A stretch of 58,797 nucleotides of DNA, filler included, from Sphacelaria rigidula (Eukaryota): NCBI GenBank assembly GCA_964200075.2. It is 5 parts of 5 records of this genome, joined end to end, with 100 filler letters (N's around TTAATTAATTAA, not from the genome) between each part and the next. Parts side by side here need not be neighbours in the genome. Positions count along the whole stretch, not along the records: positions 47,121 to 58,797 come from CAXNAA020004634.1; 4 more parts are not named here. One strand, given 5' to 3'. This document shows positions 48,422-58,797 of the stretch, in pieces (the first letter of the stretch is position 1; every line of letters starts with the position of its first letter). A program made the position numbers and the translations under genes. The notes below the pieces were generated by a model. It saw nothing but the letters and a program-made list of their open reading frames with translations. It was not told the DNA's origin and did not search any database.

Positions 48422-48830
48422 TGTAGTGCCAGACACACACAGTGCCCTATTACTTTGACTCAACTCACGTTGTTTTCCAGCAAAGGTCTGTCCTTTTACT
48501 GCTGCCCTTCCTTCCTAGGTCCACCGCTCCGTCAGCACCGACACGATCGAGGCTCAAAAACCTGTTAAAGAATTCACTCAGAACCCCTTTGTCGTGGTCG
48601 CTAGAGTTGGCGCAATGGCACTCAAGCCAAGCAAGCAGACAGGCTGCTTCGGAGTGTAGACAGAAGATAGTGTTCAAGGTGCCGCTTCTGGGCAAGACAG
48701 ATACAAACCACCCACCGGGGTACACGGTCAAAGAGGAGAGTACTTCATGTAAAACAACTGCTATCCCACATTACACGCCCCCACATCAGACCAAACCCTC
48801 GTGACCGGTACCTGCGATCCCAACACTACA
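48422..48830 (-). mobile_element. Probable PPT and 3' LTR remnant of an LTR retrotransposon
   Basis: Minus strand TGTGGGGGCG (48785-48776) is directly followed by TGTAATGTGGG at 48775. A candidate CA end lies at 48422. No partner LTR in this window. Confidence 0.35.
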
Positions 48831-49019
48831 TATATATATATAAAGTCAATACCATACGAAGCGTTGAAGAGCATGGCTCCATAGCTTCATTTTTTAACAA
48901 TTAAGCATATTACCTACTTAATATATATATATATTGGTATCATGGGAATACATGCGTATTGCCTCTATACATTGGAGCCGTGTGGGGGACGACGTATTGC
49001 ACGACCAATATACATTGGG

Positions 49020-49520
49020 GTCGCAGTGATGGCAACGTATTGATCGGTCGATGTATGTTGAGGTGCCGGCGACCACATATTGATCCGTCAATATATATTG
49101 AGGTTGTTCCGGCGACCACATATTGGTCGGTCAATATATATTGAGATTATATGGCTGACGACGAATTGGTCATTCAACATATATTGACGTTGTATGGGTG
49201 CCCACATGCTGCTCAGCCAACACCTGTTGGGGCTATGTGGATGACAACAGTTTGCTGAGGATATGTATTACCGCAGTATATTATTCCGGCACTCTGCTAT
49301 GCCCGGTCCTGGACATCATTCCGTCCAACGAATTTCTCATTCAATGTATTACATGGGTGGCGATTGCCCGGTGGTTATTGTCCGGTCAACATATGGGGGC
49401 CGTATATATGACAACAATTTTTCAAGAAAATGTTCCACCGCAGTATATTGTTCCGGCACTGTTGTACCATGCCCGGTTTTGGACGCCATCTCATCCAACG
49501 AATCTTTCATTCAAAGTAAT
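49020..49520. repeat. Degenerate tandem repeats (~43-bp units, then two copies ~167 bp apart)
   Basis: CCGGCGACCACATATTG.TC.GTCAATATATATTGAG recurs at 49066-49145. ACCGCAGTATATT.TTCCGGCACT...TCCAACGAAT...CATTCAA occurs at 49270 and 49437. Confidence 0.7.
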
Positions 49521-49524
49521 TTAA

Positions 49525-49588
49525 CCCTCAGACCGCGAGATTAGCCTTTCTGGATCAGGCATACTTTTTTTCACTTGAAATTGATGCC
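49525..49588 (-). mobile_element. Half copy of the piggyBac-like MITE
   Basis: TTAA|CCCTCAGACCGCGAGATTAGCCTTTCTGGATCA.GCATACTTTTTTTCACTTGAAATTGATG is the reverse complement of the right half of 39785-39882. Confidence 0.8.
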
Positions 49589-50156
49589 ATGTTTCGTCAG
49601 CGTGCAGGAGCTTCTACAAGCATCATTTTGAATCATTCCGGGAACAAAGAACATGCGAGAGTCGTAGAGTCGTCCCTTCGAAATATCTCTATTTCCCAAC
49701 CTGTTTTGCATAAATTCTCGAGTGAAAGTGATCCGATTTATTGAAGGCCTGATCCTTTGACCGTCAGATTACTGACTGATCAATCAACGTTACTTTCGAA
49801 TTAAACAAATATGATATGCCCCAGAGCCAGCAAACAACCCAGAGGCGTTGTGTCATGAGGAAGGACAATAGAGAGGCGTTATTTGTTCCCACAGACAACT
49901 TCGGGGCAGGTTGGCTTACAGATGATTCAACCCATCCATGGGGATGCTCCCATAGTTCTGGGGAAGGTTGGTGTACAGACTGGTGTACCCTAGCTAGGGA
50001 AGGTTAGTGGGCAGGCTGACATGCCCTGGCCCCGAGGAGGCAAGACGCCTTCTCGGGCCGAGGTCGGATAGGATGCGTTCCATGCAACCTTGCCCACTCT
50101 CGAGCTGCCCTTCGACCCGCACATCTGCTTCTACTGTTTACCTTTGGTGAGAACAG

Positions 50157-53100
50157 TGTGCTAGGCGAGCAAGGGAAAAATAAGTGAGAGTTACGAGACA
50201 TCAAGCCTTCGAGCTCCTTCTGTCTGTTTGCTACTGTTAACCAACAGTCGCGTGAATCTGTGTGTGAGACACATATCTGCAGCTTGTTCTACTCGGACAT
50301 ATTGCACCTTGTGCATCTTACCAAGCTTGCAGCACATTGATCTATCAAGGAAGATGTGTGGGGCTTGTCCACACCTATCTTCATTACACTGGCGTTCGAC
50401 TAATTGGCCGTGTCTTGCTTGGTTTTTCAGTAGCTCACGCGTGTTCTAATAGTCTCTTGTTGCTCGTTGTCTAGCTGTCTCTTTCTGTAGCCCACGTTTG
50501 CTGCCCCTCACGTTTGATCCACCTGTATTGTTTCCCCTAGTTAGTAGCAGTTTCAATAGTCCTTTGTTTTCGTTTAGCTTTTAGATTTTTTTTTTGCTGT
50601 ACTACAGTGCTGTCTTCCTGCATTCCTTCAGTTGCATCTCCGCCGCGCAACTCCGCCGCAGCAGCAACAATTTCAACCTGCCATTTGTCTTTCTCCTGCT
50701 TTGGTCGCTCCTTTTGCTCGGCCACACTCTTGACTTGCAGTGCCCTTGGTCTGTTGTCATCGTCCTTTTCTGCCCCACATCGCTCGTCGGACATCCCGTC
50801 CAGCGCTGTGTCAGATCGCTTGTTGCAAACCCTTGCGGACAGTTGACACATTATATCTTCTTGTACAGATCCAACCACGCCGCTTCTACCTTACGGCGAC
50901 AGCGCCCATACGTTTTCTCCTTGCAGGACGTTGCACTTGTATGCCGCTGCTGTGTCTATGGTGCGGTGTTTTCTCATCCTTGACACTGACTGCTTCAGGG
51001 TCTTCGTACTTTTTCGGTGCGACAATTGCGTAGTCGCAACTGCCGCAGTAGTAGTTGTGATAGTAGCGACCGCCGCTCCAGCGTGCAGAGTACTGTAGTG
51101 CACACTATTTGTTCTTCCGCGCGATAATTTGCACCAACACAATTGATACATTCAGTGCTGTACGTCTCTCATCGCACCTCTAATCAGGTTTCTATCACAC
51201 CTCCGCCCCGCTACTGCCTTTTTTGCTGGGTGAGCACTACGTGGTCAACTTTCCACCTTTGGGTCGTGCATTCCACGACGCGCTTTTAACCTTTTGTGCG
51301 TGTACCGGTGGATACACTTTTTTTTATCTTTCATGTAGGTACTACACACACAGTTTGTTTTCTCTTTTGGCCTTGCACTGCGTGTTCCACTTTTTCCTCT
51401 TTGGTGCTCCACTACCTGGATCACTTTACGATTTCCTGAATTTTTGTTCGAAATTTCGTATCCCCCTGTAGTCTTTTCAGCTTGGCGCCTGATCTGCACC
51501 AACAATTAGTGTTTCAGTCGGGTGCTACAGCTGTCTTCTCTTGGACCCCTGCCCTTGAGTTCACTATTTCGCACCCTCGCTGCCGCACTTTTGATTCTCT
51601 TTCTGTCTTGAACTTCACAGATATTTGCACATCGCCTCCCTTTTAGCAAGGTGTTCTACACTAGTATTGGTGCCTACCTCCGTGGTCTCGAATGGTGTTT
51701 TTCTACACCTCCTGTGTGCGGTATCTTACTTGAACCACTGAAATACCCTTGTCCAGCGTGTGCCTGGCTACTACGTATCCCTGTCATATTTGACGTGCAC
51801 AGTGCGCCCGTCGGACATATGTCCGGGTGTCTGTCTTCTTTCACAGTCGCCTCATTGTTAGGTTTTACTCTTGCACCAAACCTCTCGTGCGACAAGTGTT
51901 GGGTTTATCTGTGAGTTTGTTCCTTCGCGATTATTTACACCTTTGGTACACCTTCAGTGCGCCCCCCATACTCCCCCATACACAGTTTTCTCTACAGGTG
52001 TCTTATTTCCGCCGCATATCCTCCCTTTTCGGCGTTTACTAATCTCCACCTTTTTGCTCTGCTGTCTGCCTTTTCGGTACTCGGAATTGCCGAGATTCCG
52101 CTGATTGTTATTATCACAGCAGTCTACTCTAGTTTGGTGTAACTCCGTTTATAATATTCTGTAGTCTTTACTGCTTGCTTTCTTTTTCGGTGCTTACAAT
52201 CTCCTGCCGAGTCTACACTACCTGCTATTATCATACCAGAACTCTTGTACTCTGGTGTCTTGCGTCCATTTCTACCTCTTCAATTGACGCAACCGCAGAA
52301 AATAATTCTCCCCTCGGCCCTGCCTACTTACAAATCTTTGCACCGTCAGCGTTTGCTTTCATCAATTCCTTCAAAACCCTTCACTCTTTCTTCCCCTGTA
52401 CATGAAGAATTGAAATCCGACAGAGCTTCGGCCCTCAACTCTGGCGACTACACGTCTCAAGACTTGGCTGCTATTGGTGATCACGACCGCCATTTGTCCA
52501 AGACTTCCAACACGATCGACGAGTCGCTGCGCGCTCGCTCTGTTGCGTAACGTAAACCGTTTAAGACTCCCGACATTATCGATGAGTCGCTGCGCGCTCG
52601 CTCTGTCGCAGATCGTTCACTGCCCAAGACTCCCGACACCCTCGGCGAGTCGCTGCGCGCTTGCTCTGTCGCGGATCGTGCATTGTCCAAGACTTCCAAC
52701 TTGATCGACCAGTCGCCACGCGCTCGCTTTGTTGTGCAACGTGCTCCGTCTCGGGGTTCCTACATGTCTGACGAGTCGCCACGCGTTGCCACTGTTGTGA
52801 AACGCAAACCGCTCCTGGCTTCTACCGTGGTTATTGACTCACCCCGCGCTCGCGATGACGAGGGTTCCGACGCCTAACAGCGCCCGCGCCGACACGACAT
52901 GTATCGTGAGGAGACATGTGTTCACCAGCCCTCGCGCCGAACATCCTCCTCGCGTCTTGGCCGCTCCGAAGAACCTTCTACAGGGCACTTGTCTCTAGTG
53001 ACCGCTCTTTAGCACTTGCTTCGTTCATCACCGGCTGTTGGTGGGAACAGTGTGCTAGGCGAGCAAGGGAAAAATAAGTGAGAGTTACGAGACATCAAGC

Positions 53101-53285
53101 CTTCGAGCTCCTTCTTCTGTCTGTTTGCTACGGTAAACCAACAGTCGCGTGAATCTGTGTGTGAGACACATATCTGCAGCTTGTTCTACTCGGACATATT
53201 GCACCCTGTGCATCTTACCAAGCTTGCAGCACATTGATCTATCGAGGAAGGTGTGTGGGGCTTGTCCACACCTATCTTCATTACA
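50157..53285 (+). mobile_element. Non-autonomous LTR retroelement (3.1 kb, no pol)
   Basis: LTRs 50157-50388 and 53051-53285 run TGTGCTAGG...TCATTACA and differ by 5 substitutions and one 3-bp indel. PBS-like TGGCGTTCGAC starts at 50390. PPT-like GGTGGGAACAG precedes the 3' LTR. The interior is pyrimidine-rich with no gag/pol motifs. No TSD. Confidence 0.85.
52494..52800 (+). repeat. Internal ~63-bp tandem repeat (4-5 degenerate copies) of the LTR element
   Basis: AAGACT(T/C)C(C/G)ACA...GA.GAGTCGCTGCGCGCTCGCTCTGT recurs. Confidence 0.85.
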
Positions 53286-53702
53286 GTTGTGTGCTCGCCA
53301 GAGGTATCTCAAACTCGACGGTCACTGTAAATTCAATGATTAGATGGCGGAAGTAGGGCATATTTAAATCGGCATCAATTTCCCTTGAAAGAAGCATGCA
53401 CAATCAACTACCCTCCTCGCGGTCCAAGAGCGACACAACTTCCTATAACTTGCAGTATAAAATACCAGGGACCTCGAGCTTGTGGCACCTCTGCGAGTTC
53501 GCTGTCAGGGTATACACTAATTTAGGCCTGCCAGTCGCGGAAAAAGACTTTATGGCTGCCAGCTTCCCGCGGAGAAACATAAACCTGTTGCTGTGAGCAG
53601 TCCAGGGAGGTAATTTTTTTACGTATAACCCCCCCCCCCCTCCTCCCCCACAACGAAGCACGGCAGCCGTTTGCGTCACAAAAACAGTCAAAAACAATAG
53701 AA

Positions 53703-54206
53703 ATGGACGCCTACTTGACGAATGCTGGTGGATGCGCCGCGGGTGGCGGGGATGGTGGTGGGTCCGCAGGGTCAGGCGATGGGAGTAGTTGTGAAACCTC
53801 GCGAGGTTCTGGGGACAATGACTGTTTCGTCTTGCCATCCCAACCAATGGCGGCACCAACTCGTGTACCGGAGGCCGTAAAGACGGCAATCGCTAGTTTC
53901 GCGGTCCCGCAGCGGCATCGGCTCTGAAAGGTGCCATCAACGTCGAAAGCCATGCTTTATAAGGATGGCGTACGATTTGAGCAAGATCCAGACAAAATGG
54001 ATGCCGAAGCTCGTGCAGCGTGGGAAAAATTGAAGAGGAAACCGCAGAAATTCGCGTGCATGGCTACGGAGAATTGCAGGATGGAGTGGCGAACGAAAGG
54101 GAAGTTCCTCGCCATATCTTCGGAGAGCACAACGGGAGCCACGACGCATCTCCGAGACGTACACAACATCTGCAGTGAGCGGTCGCAAAGCCAAAAGAAA
54201 ATGTGA
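53703..54206 (+). mobile_element. Decayed N-terminus of a hAT-type transposase with a BED-like zinc finger
   Basis: ORFs 53703-53927 and 53931-54206 share one frame, separated by a TGA. FACMATENC...STTGATTHLRDVHNI gives C-x4-C ... T....HL...H. Confidence 0.6.
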
Positions 54207-54420
54207 AATATCCCTCCAACGTGAACAAAGAAGTATTCGATACTTCGTGAATAAGATGCCAGCCGCCGATGACGCTTAATCCGAAGCTTCCATCGATATT
54301 GCATTACATTATTTCCCGGCATGTTGTAATGAAGAGCAAGCGGCAGTGTAATGCAAGGACACAGCTTGCAACCCAATGCACAAGCTTGGCAGGAAAGTGT
54401 ACAACCGTCAGGCTACAACT

Positions 54421-54931
54421 TGTAGATACTGTGTGACCTGCTCAGTATCCAAATATCAGACGAGGTTTCACCCGAATAGGTCCTTCACTTCTCTCTCGAT
54501 TATCTTGCTTCTAACTCCAGTATCCACTCAATCAATCCAAACCAATCCAATGCGTCTCACCGATAGTTAGACTTCTTTTACTGGAAGGTAATAGAGGAGC
54601 AGTTGATAGTGTGGAGGATGGGCGAGCTATATCGGTTCCAGCTGATCTTTCTCGCCATTGTTTACCAATATACAAGCTCATATCCGTACCCGACCAACTC
54701 TGAACAGACCTGCAGTCTTGTTTACCGGGATTTCCAATATTACCGAAAGCCAGACTTCGACAACGGGTCGGAAGCGGCATGACAACAGGCTAGTGTGCAT
54801 CTTCATGACACTAACTCACCCAGACGAACCATTAATACAGCTGCGAGGATGTATCCTCAAAGCAGCGAGAACTAAGGTTTTTTTTTACTCGTCAAGTCAT
54901 GAGCGACTGATAAAGCATACCTAAAGGAACA
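54421..54931 (-). mobile_element. Candidate 3' LTR of the Ty3/gypsy element
   Basis: Minus strand starts TGTTCC right after repeated GGTACGGGAG purine-rich motifs (54932-54985). A candidate ...CTACA end lies at 54421. No second LTR available to confirm. Confidence 0.4.
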
Positions 54932-55502
54932 CTCCCGTACCTAACACTCCCGTACCAACAATCCCGTACCCACTCCCACACCTCAACAGAAGGGAAGCAT
55001 AGACTGCTTCGAGGAACAGAAAAAAACTGCCCCGAAACGCGGAAGCACAAACTGCTTCGGCGTGCTAGCAATCAACGAAGAAGCACAAATTGCTTCGGCG
55101 TCCTAGCAAAAGTTAAGGGGGAAAACAGGGAGGTACAACAGGGAGAAGAAATCTGACCTGGGGGGAGACAAAGGTACAACAGGGAGCAAAGCTTCAACCT
55201 GGGGGGAATCCAAAGGTACAACAGAGAGCAGAGCTTTAACCTGGGGGGAATCCAAAGGTGCTAAAAACTGCAAGATCGAAAATCTGAAAATCGGTGATCC
55301 AACGAGATCGAGCGCCAGATGAAGGGGATACAATGGCTCCAGTAGTCGTAGGTAGCGGTCGTGTAAGTAGTTTTTTATCGTCGTCCGATGTAGGTCGCGC
55401 TGTTGTGGTGTCGTAGAAGACGATCCTGGTAGAGAAGAGAGGGCAGACAATGCTTGTGGAAAAAAAATAGGGGTGGGGCAACAGTCACGACAAAAGCGTG
55501 GT

Positions 55503-58500
55503 TCAAAGCGGGGCGTGGACGTCGTGGGTGTCGTCGATGTTGCGCTGGAGACCGCGGCGAAGTCCTTTGGACTTGAGGCGCTGGAGACACCAAGATCCGC
55601 GTGGTGCAGATGGGCTGGTGGTGTATAGCGATGGCCGAAGCTTGAGCTGTATGGGTTCAGGATCATCGATGAAGCGCACAATTTATGTGTCGGCCGAAAC
55701 CAGGTTAGCGGAGTGGGTCTGACCCAACCACCAGAGGTTGTCGCTGCCTTTGAACCAAAGGTAGCTGCCCTTGGGCAGGAGTCGCTGGTTCGCGCAGAAC
55801 TTCGTCTTACAAGTCTTGGAGGGTATATGTTCGTAACCATCGGCGACAAAGCGTAATCCCTGATTGCGGTGAAGTTCGCGGGCTTCTGCGCCACGACACA
55901 TTTTGCGATATTTCTTGTTTTGAGCAAGATGCTGATGTTGGGATTGCGTCCAGTAAAGGAGGATTGCACGACGGTGCAGTTGCAGGTCGGATTCGCGTTC
56001 CCAAGACGCTCTCCGAGGACCGTGCTAGTTTGTCTTATACATGACAGCGATCTTGCCTCCTCGACCACGGGTTATCTGGTGGCCGGAAATGGAGAACACG
56101 GCCAACCGAAGGGGCTGTTCCGTCACGTCGTCGGTTGTAACGTGGTAGGGCGGGGACTTGGTCGAGTAGCTGTTGAGAACATACTGTGTGAATCCGGCAG
56201 GCGGGTACTTGGGCGTGTCGCTTGTATCATGCGGGTTCGTGCAGGGTTTGCATCTGTGCACGGAGACGCGGGGCTTGGTGTCCTTGCCCTGGAAGTCGCG
56301 AGGCAAGTCGAGATAGAGCAGTTTGTCACCGACGGGTTTTTCATCCGGTGATGATGACGATAGTCCGACTTTCAGGATCTTGAATGGTCCTGTCTAATTG
56401 AGGGATAATTTTGTCTTCAAAATTGTTTCGTTGGCTGCCTTACTGGTGCCTTGGCGGATGGTCGACAAGCTGTTGTAGATCCAAACCCAATCACCGACTT
56501 TCCGGGTAGGGCGTTTGTGCACGAGATTATAGAGAGCGGTGTTAGATCTCTCTAGGCGCGAGGCATTGATAGCGCCTTGTTCGCGCACGAGGGTGAACGC
56601 TTTGCGTTGTCGCGCATGCGTTAGCTCGTTGTAGAATATATGATCCTGATCCAATCCTTGGTGACCGTCGAATGTGTGGCGCTCAAACACGGTGATAGGC
56701 AGCCGAGGGTAACGTCCAAGATGGAGTTTGCTCGGAGAAAGGCCGGTGGCGGCATTAACCGAGTTGTTGTAGGACAATATGATGTACGAGAGATGTAGGT
56801 CCCAGTCATTTTGGCGGTCATTGACAACCATAGAGAGCATCTGGGCCATGGTGTAATAAACTCTTTCGGTACCACCGTTACCGTTCGGGTGGTAGGCGCT
56901 CGTGGCAATTTTGCTTATGCCCAGGAGCTTGTAGAGCTCATCAAAGAGGTCTGAACAAAATTGCTGACCATTGTCTGAAAGTAGTCGCTTTGGGCAACCG
57001 TAGTGCTTAATGTAATCATGGACCAGTATGTCAGCCGTTCCGGCGGCAGTGAAATCTGCGGCGGTTACCGCGTACATGGACGCGTGGCGGCTAAAGCGGT
57101 CGGTGAAGAGTGAGATGTAGGTGTTGCCGCGACCTGTGGTAGGTAGAGGGCCGGAGTAGTCAAAGCACACAAGGTGGCCGGGCTCGTCGGGGAGTCCCAT
57201 AGAGACCACGGGCCAGCATACTGCCTGTCGTGAAGTGTTTCGGGCTTGGCATGTAAAGCATCGCCGAATCCAGAAGCGGGTTGAAATTTCCATACCAACG
57301 CACCAGTAGAAGCGTTCCAAGAGCGCGAGGGTGCGGGTGACGCCAAGGTGGCATGACAAGTCTGTGTGACAGCCTTTCATGACCCAGGGGCGCATTAATA
57401 ATGGAATATATATACGCGTCGGTTCGTCATTGAGTAGTCGTGCGGTGCGTCCCGTAGTTGGGGCGGCAATTGCGCCTGTCAAGGGCGTGGGCCGACGTAC
57501 GAGTAGTTGCACGCCTTCATCCGTAGTAAAAAGGGTGCCTTTACGCACGAGCTCGTATACGTCAGAGATAACTGGTGGTGGCAGTGTTCCAACCGGGGCT
57601 AGGAGTGTGGACGGGAAAAGGACTGGACAGTCAAGTTGTAAGTACGGGATGGCTGCGCGACATAGCGGTTCTGCGTTTTGTTCACGAGCCCAATCGCGGT
57701 GAGAGTAGCTGGTTAGAAACTCGCGTAGTTGACCTTCCGCTGGCGAGCCGACCAAACATGGTAGGGTAGGCGGCGGGGGAATAGGCGACGGGGCAGAAGT
57801 GCCGACGTCAATTGCTGTTCCGGGAGCTCGAGTCGAGTCGTCAAATCCGTGCTCGGGGGCAGGAGATGTTTGCGGCGCCATTTTAGGCGGCGGGGTTGTA
57901 TCAGTGCGCGGCGAGTATTGTTCGCGGCGCGTGGCGCACGGTGCAGAAGGTTTTGCGGAGCTTTGCGTGTTGGTCTGTTGAACTTGTGCTGGGTGGCTCA
58001 TAGGGGTTACAGGTGTTGTTGGTGGCGGCGGGGCACTCGGAGTAGTGCGGGCGGCAGACCGGGAGCGCGTGTTGTCGGAGATAAGGTGGGTGACTGGAGG
58101 TGTCTCCGCAAGGAGTTGCGCGCGAGTTCCGAAAGTTCGAAAATCGACAAAATTGGAGGTAGTGGGCTTTAATCCGCCCAAGACGGTGTAATATGGTAAA
58201 GGGCGAGGTCCTCCCATATGCATACCGGTTTCCGGGCACTGGAGGTCGAAGGCGTAAACGGGCGTTGAAAAACGTCTGATCGCGTGAATTACGGGTTCAT
58301 CGGGTTCCGTTGAATGGCAAGCCGGGATGAAATCTGCGGCCGTAGGCGGCAGAGGTAAGCGGGAAAGAAGATCCGCGTTCCCGTTGGATTTGCCTGGACG
58401 GTTCTTAATGGTATACTTGTATGCTGTGAGAAACTCCAACCATCGTTGTACACGAGGGTTGTGCTCACCAACCTTGGCGAGTTGTTCAAGTGCTCCGTGA

Positions 58501-58797
58501 TCCGTATAGATCTCGAACGGCACGTGAAACAGATATTGTCGAAGGCGCTTAATGGACCAAGTGATTACTCCGTCTTCCAGTTCTAGCGGGCTCCAATTGG
58601 CCTCGTTGGGCAGGGTAGCGCGGCTGATATAAAGGATGGGTCGGACAGAGCCATCAACCTGAGGTTGATTCAAAACTCCTCCAAAACCATTTGTGCTGGC
58701 GTCAGTATGGAGTTGGAAAAGGCGGGAGCCATCTTGTACTGCCTCCCAATCAGGAAAGCAAAGTACGGGCTTTTCGGTAAGCATCTTGAGTAATTCG
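55503..58797 (-). mobile_element. Ty3/gypsy pol (RNase H, spacer, integrase H2C2 and core, GPF, chromodomain-like, Tudor/PWWP-like), inactivated by three stops
   Basis: LHTDAS..GFGGVL.Q, ELE..., FEIYTDH, RW.EFL, NGNADLLSR (RNase H); H....HLG..RT...C..CQ; FTDRFSR, LLSDNGQQF, AYHPNGNGGTER (integrase core); TGPFKI. One frame continues through TAG 56394, TAG 56025 and TAA 55683 to TGA 55503. Truncated upstream by the window end. Confidence 0.95.

Noticed and set aside
52494-52800. ~63-bp periodic repeats as a CRISPR array
   Set aside because: The whole unit is homologous between copies, with no unique spacers, and it lies inside an LTR element.
55103-56068. 321-aa ORF as an extra (env-like) gypsy gene
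   Set aside because: It is an alternative frame overlapping the pol C-terminus and a 3' tandem repeat, has a non-ATG start, and shows no clear signal peptide or transmembrane pattern.

Overview
This window is eukaryotic, repeat-rich nuclear DNA, most likely from a brown alga (Phaeophyceae, stramenopile). That is inferred from the spliceosomal introns, the style of the RTE, Copia and Ty3 proteins, and a bZIP-PAS gene. It is not one locus. Five contigs of 11,681, 11,680, 11,680, 11,679 and 11,677 bp are joined in decreasing size order by identical 100-bp linkers (N44-TTAATTAATTAA-N44), so adjacency across linkers carries no information. Contig 1 holds the converging last exons of a protein kinase (+) and a pyridoxamine-5'-phosphate-oxidase-like FMN protein (-) among MITEs and foldback elements. 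Contig 2 holds a decayed RTE-type LINE, MITEs and 0.55-0.6-kb tandem units. Contig 3 holds the main finding: a ~9-kb decayed gene with the domain order of an AcademX-type DNA transposon (N-terminal Cys cluster, Academ DDE-type transposase, split XPG/PIN nuclease with H3TH, C-terminal Cys9 CXC finger). I know this superfamily from animals, fungi and a red alga but not from stramenopiles. A divergent Agenet/Tudor-like frame lies at its 5' end. Contig 4 holds four phase-0 exons of a non-LOV bZIP-PAS transcription factor whose PAS fold appears split by ~200 aa, plus a piggyBac-like MITE, hAT remnants and a tRNA-derived SINE. Contig 5 holds a Copia 5' end, a young non-autonomous LTR element, a BED-finger remnant and a Ty3/gypsy pol ending in chromodomain-like and Tudor/PWWP-like domains. 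All family calls come from motif recognition by eye; no database searches were run.
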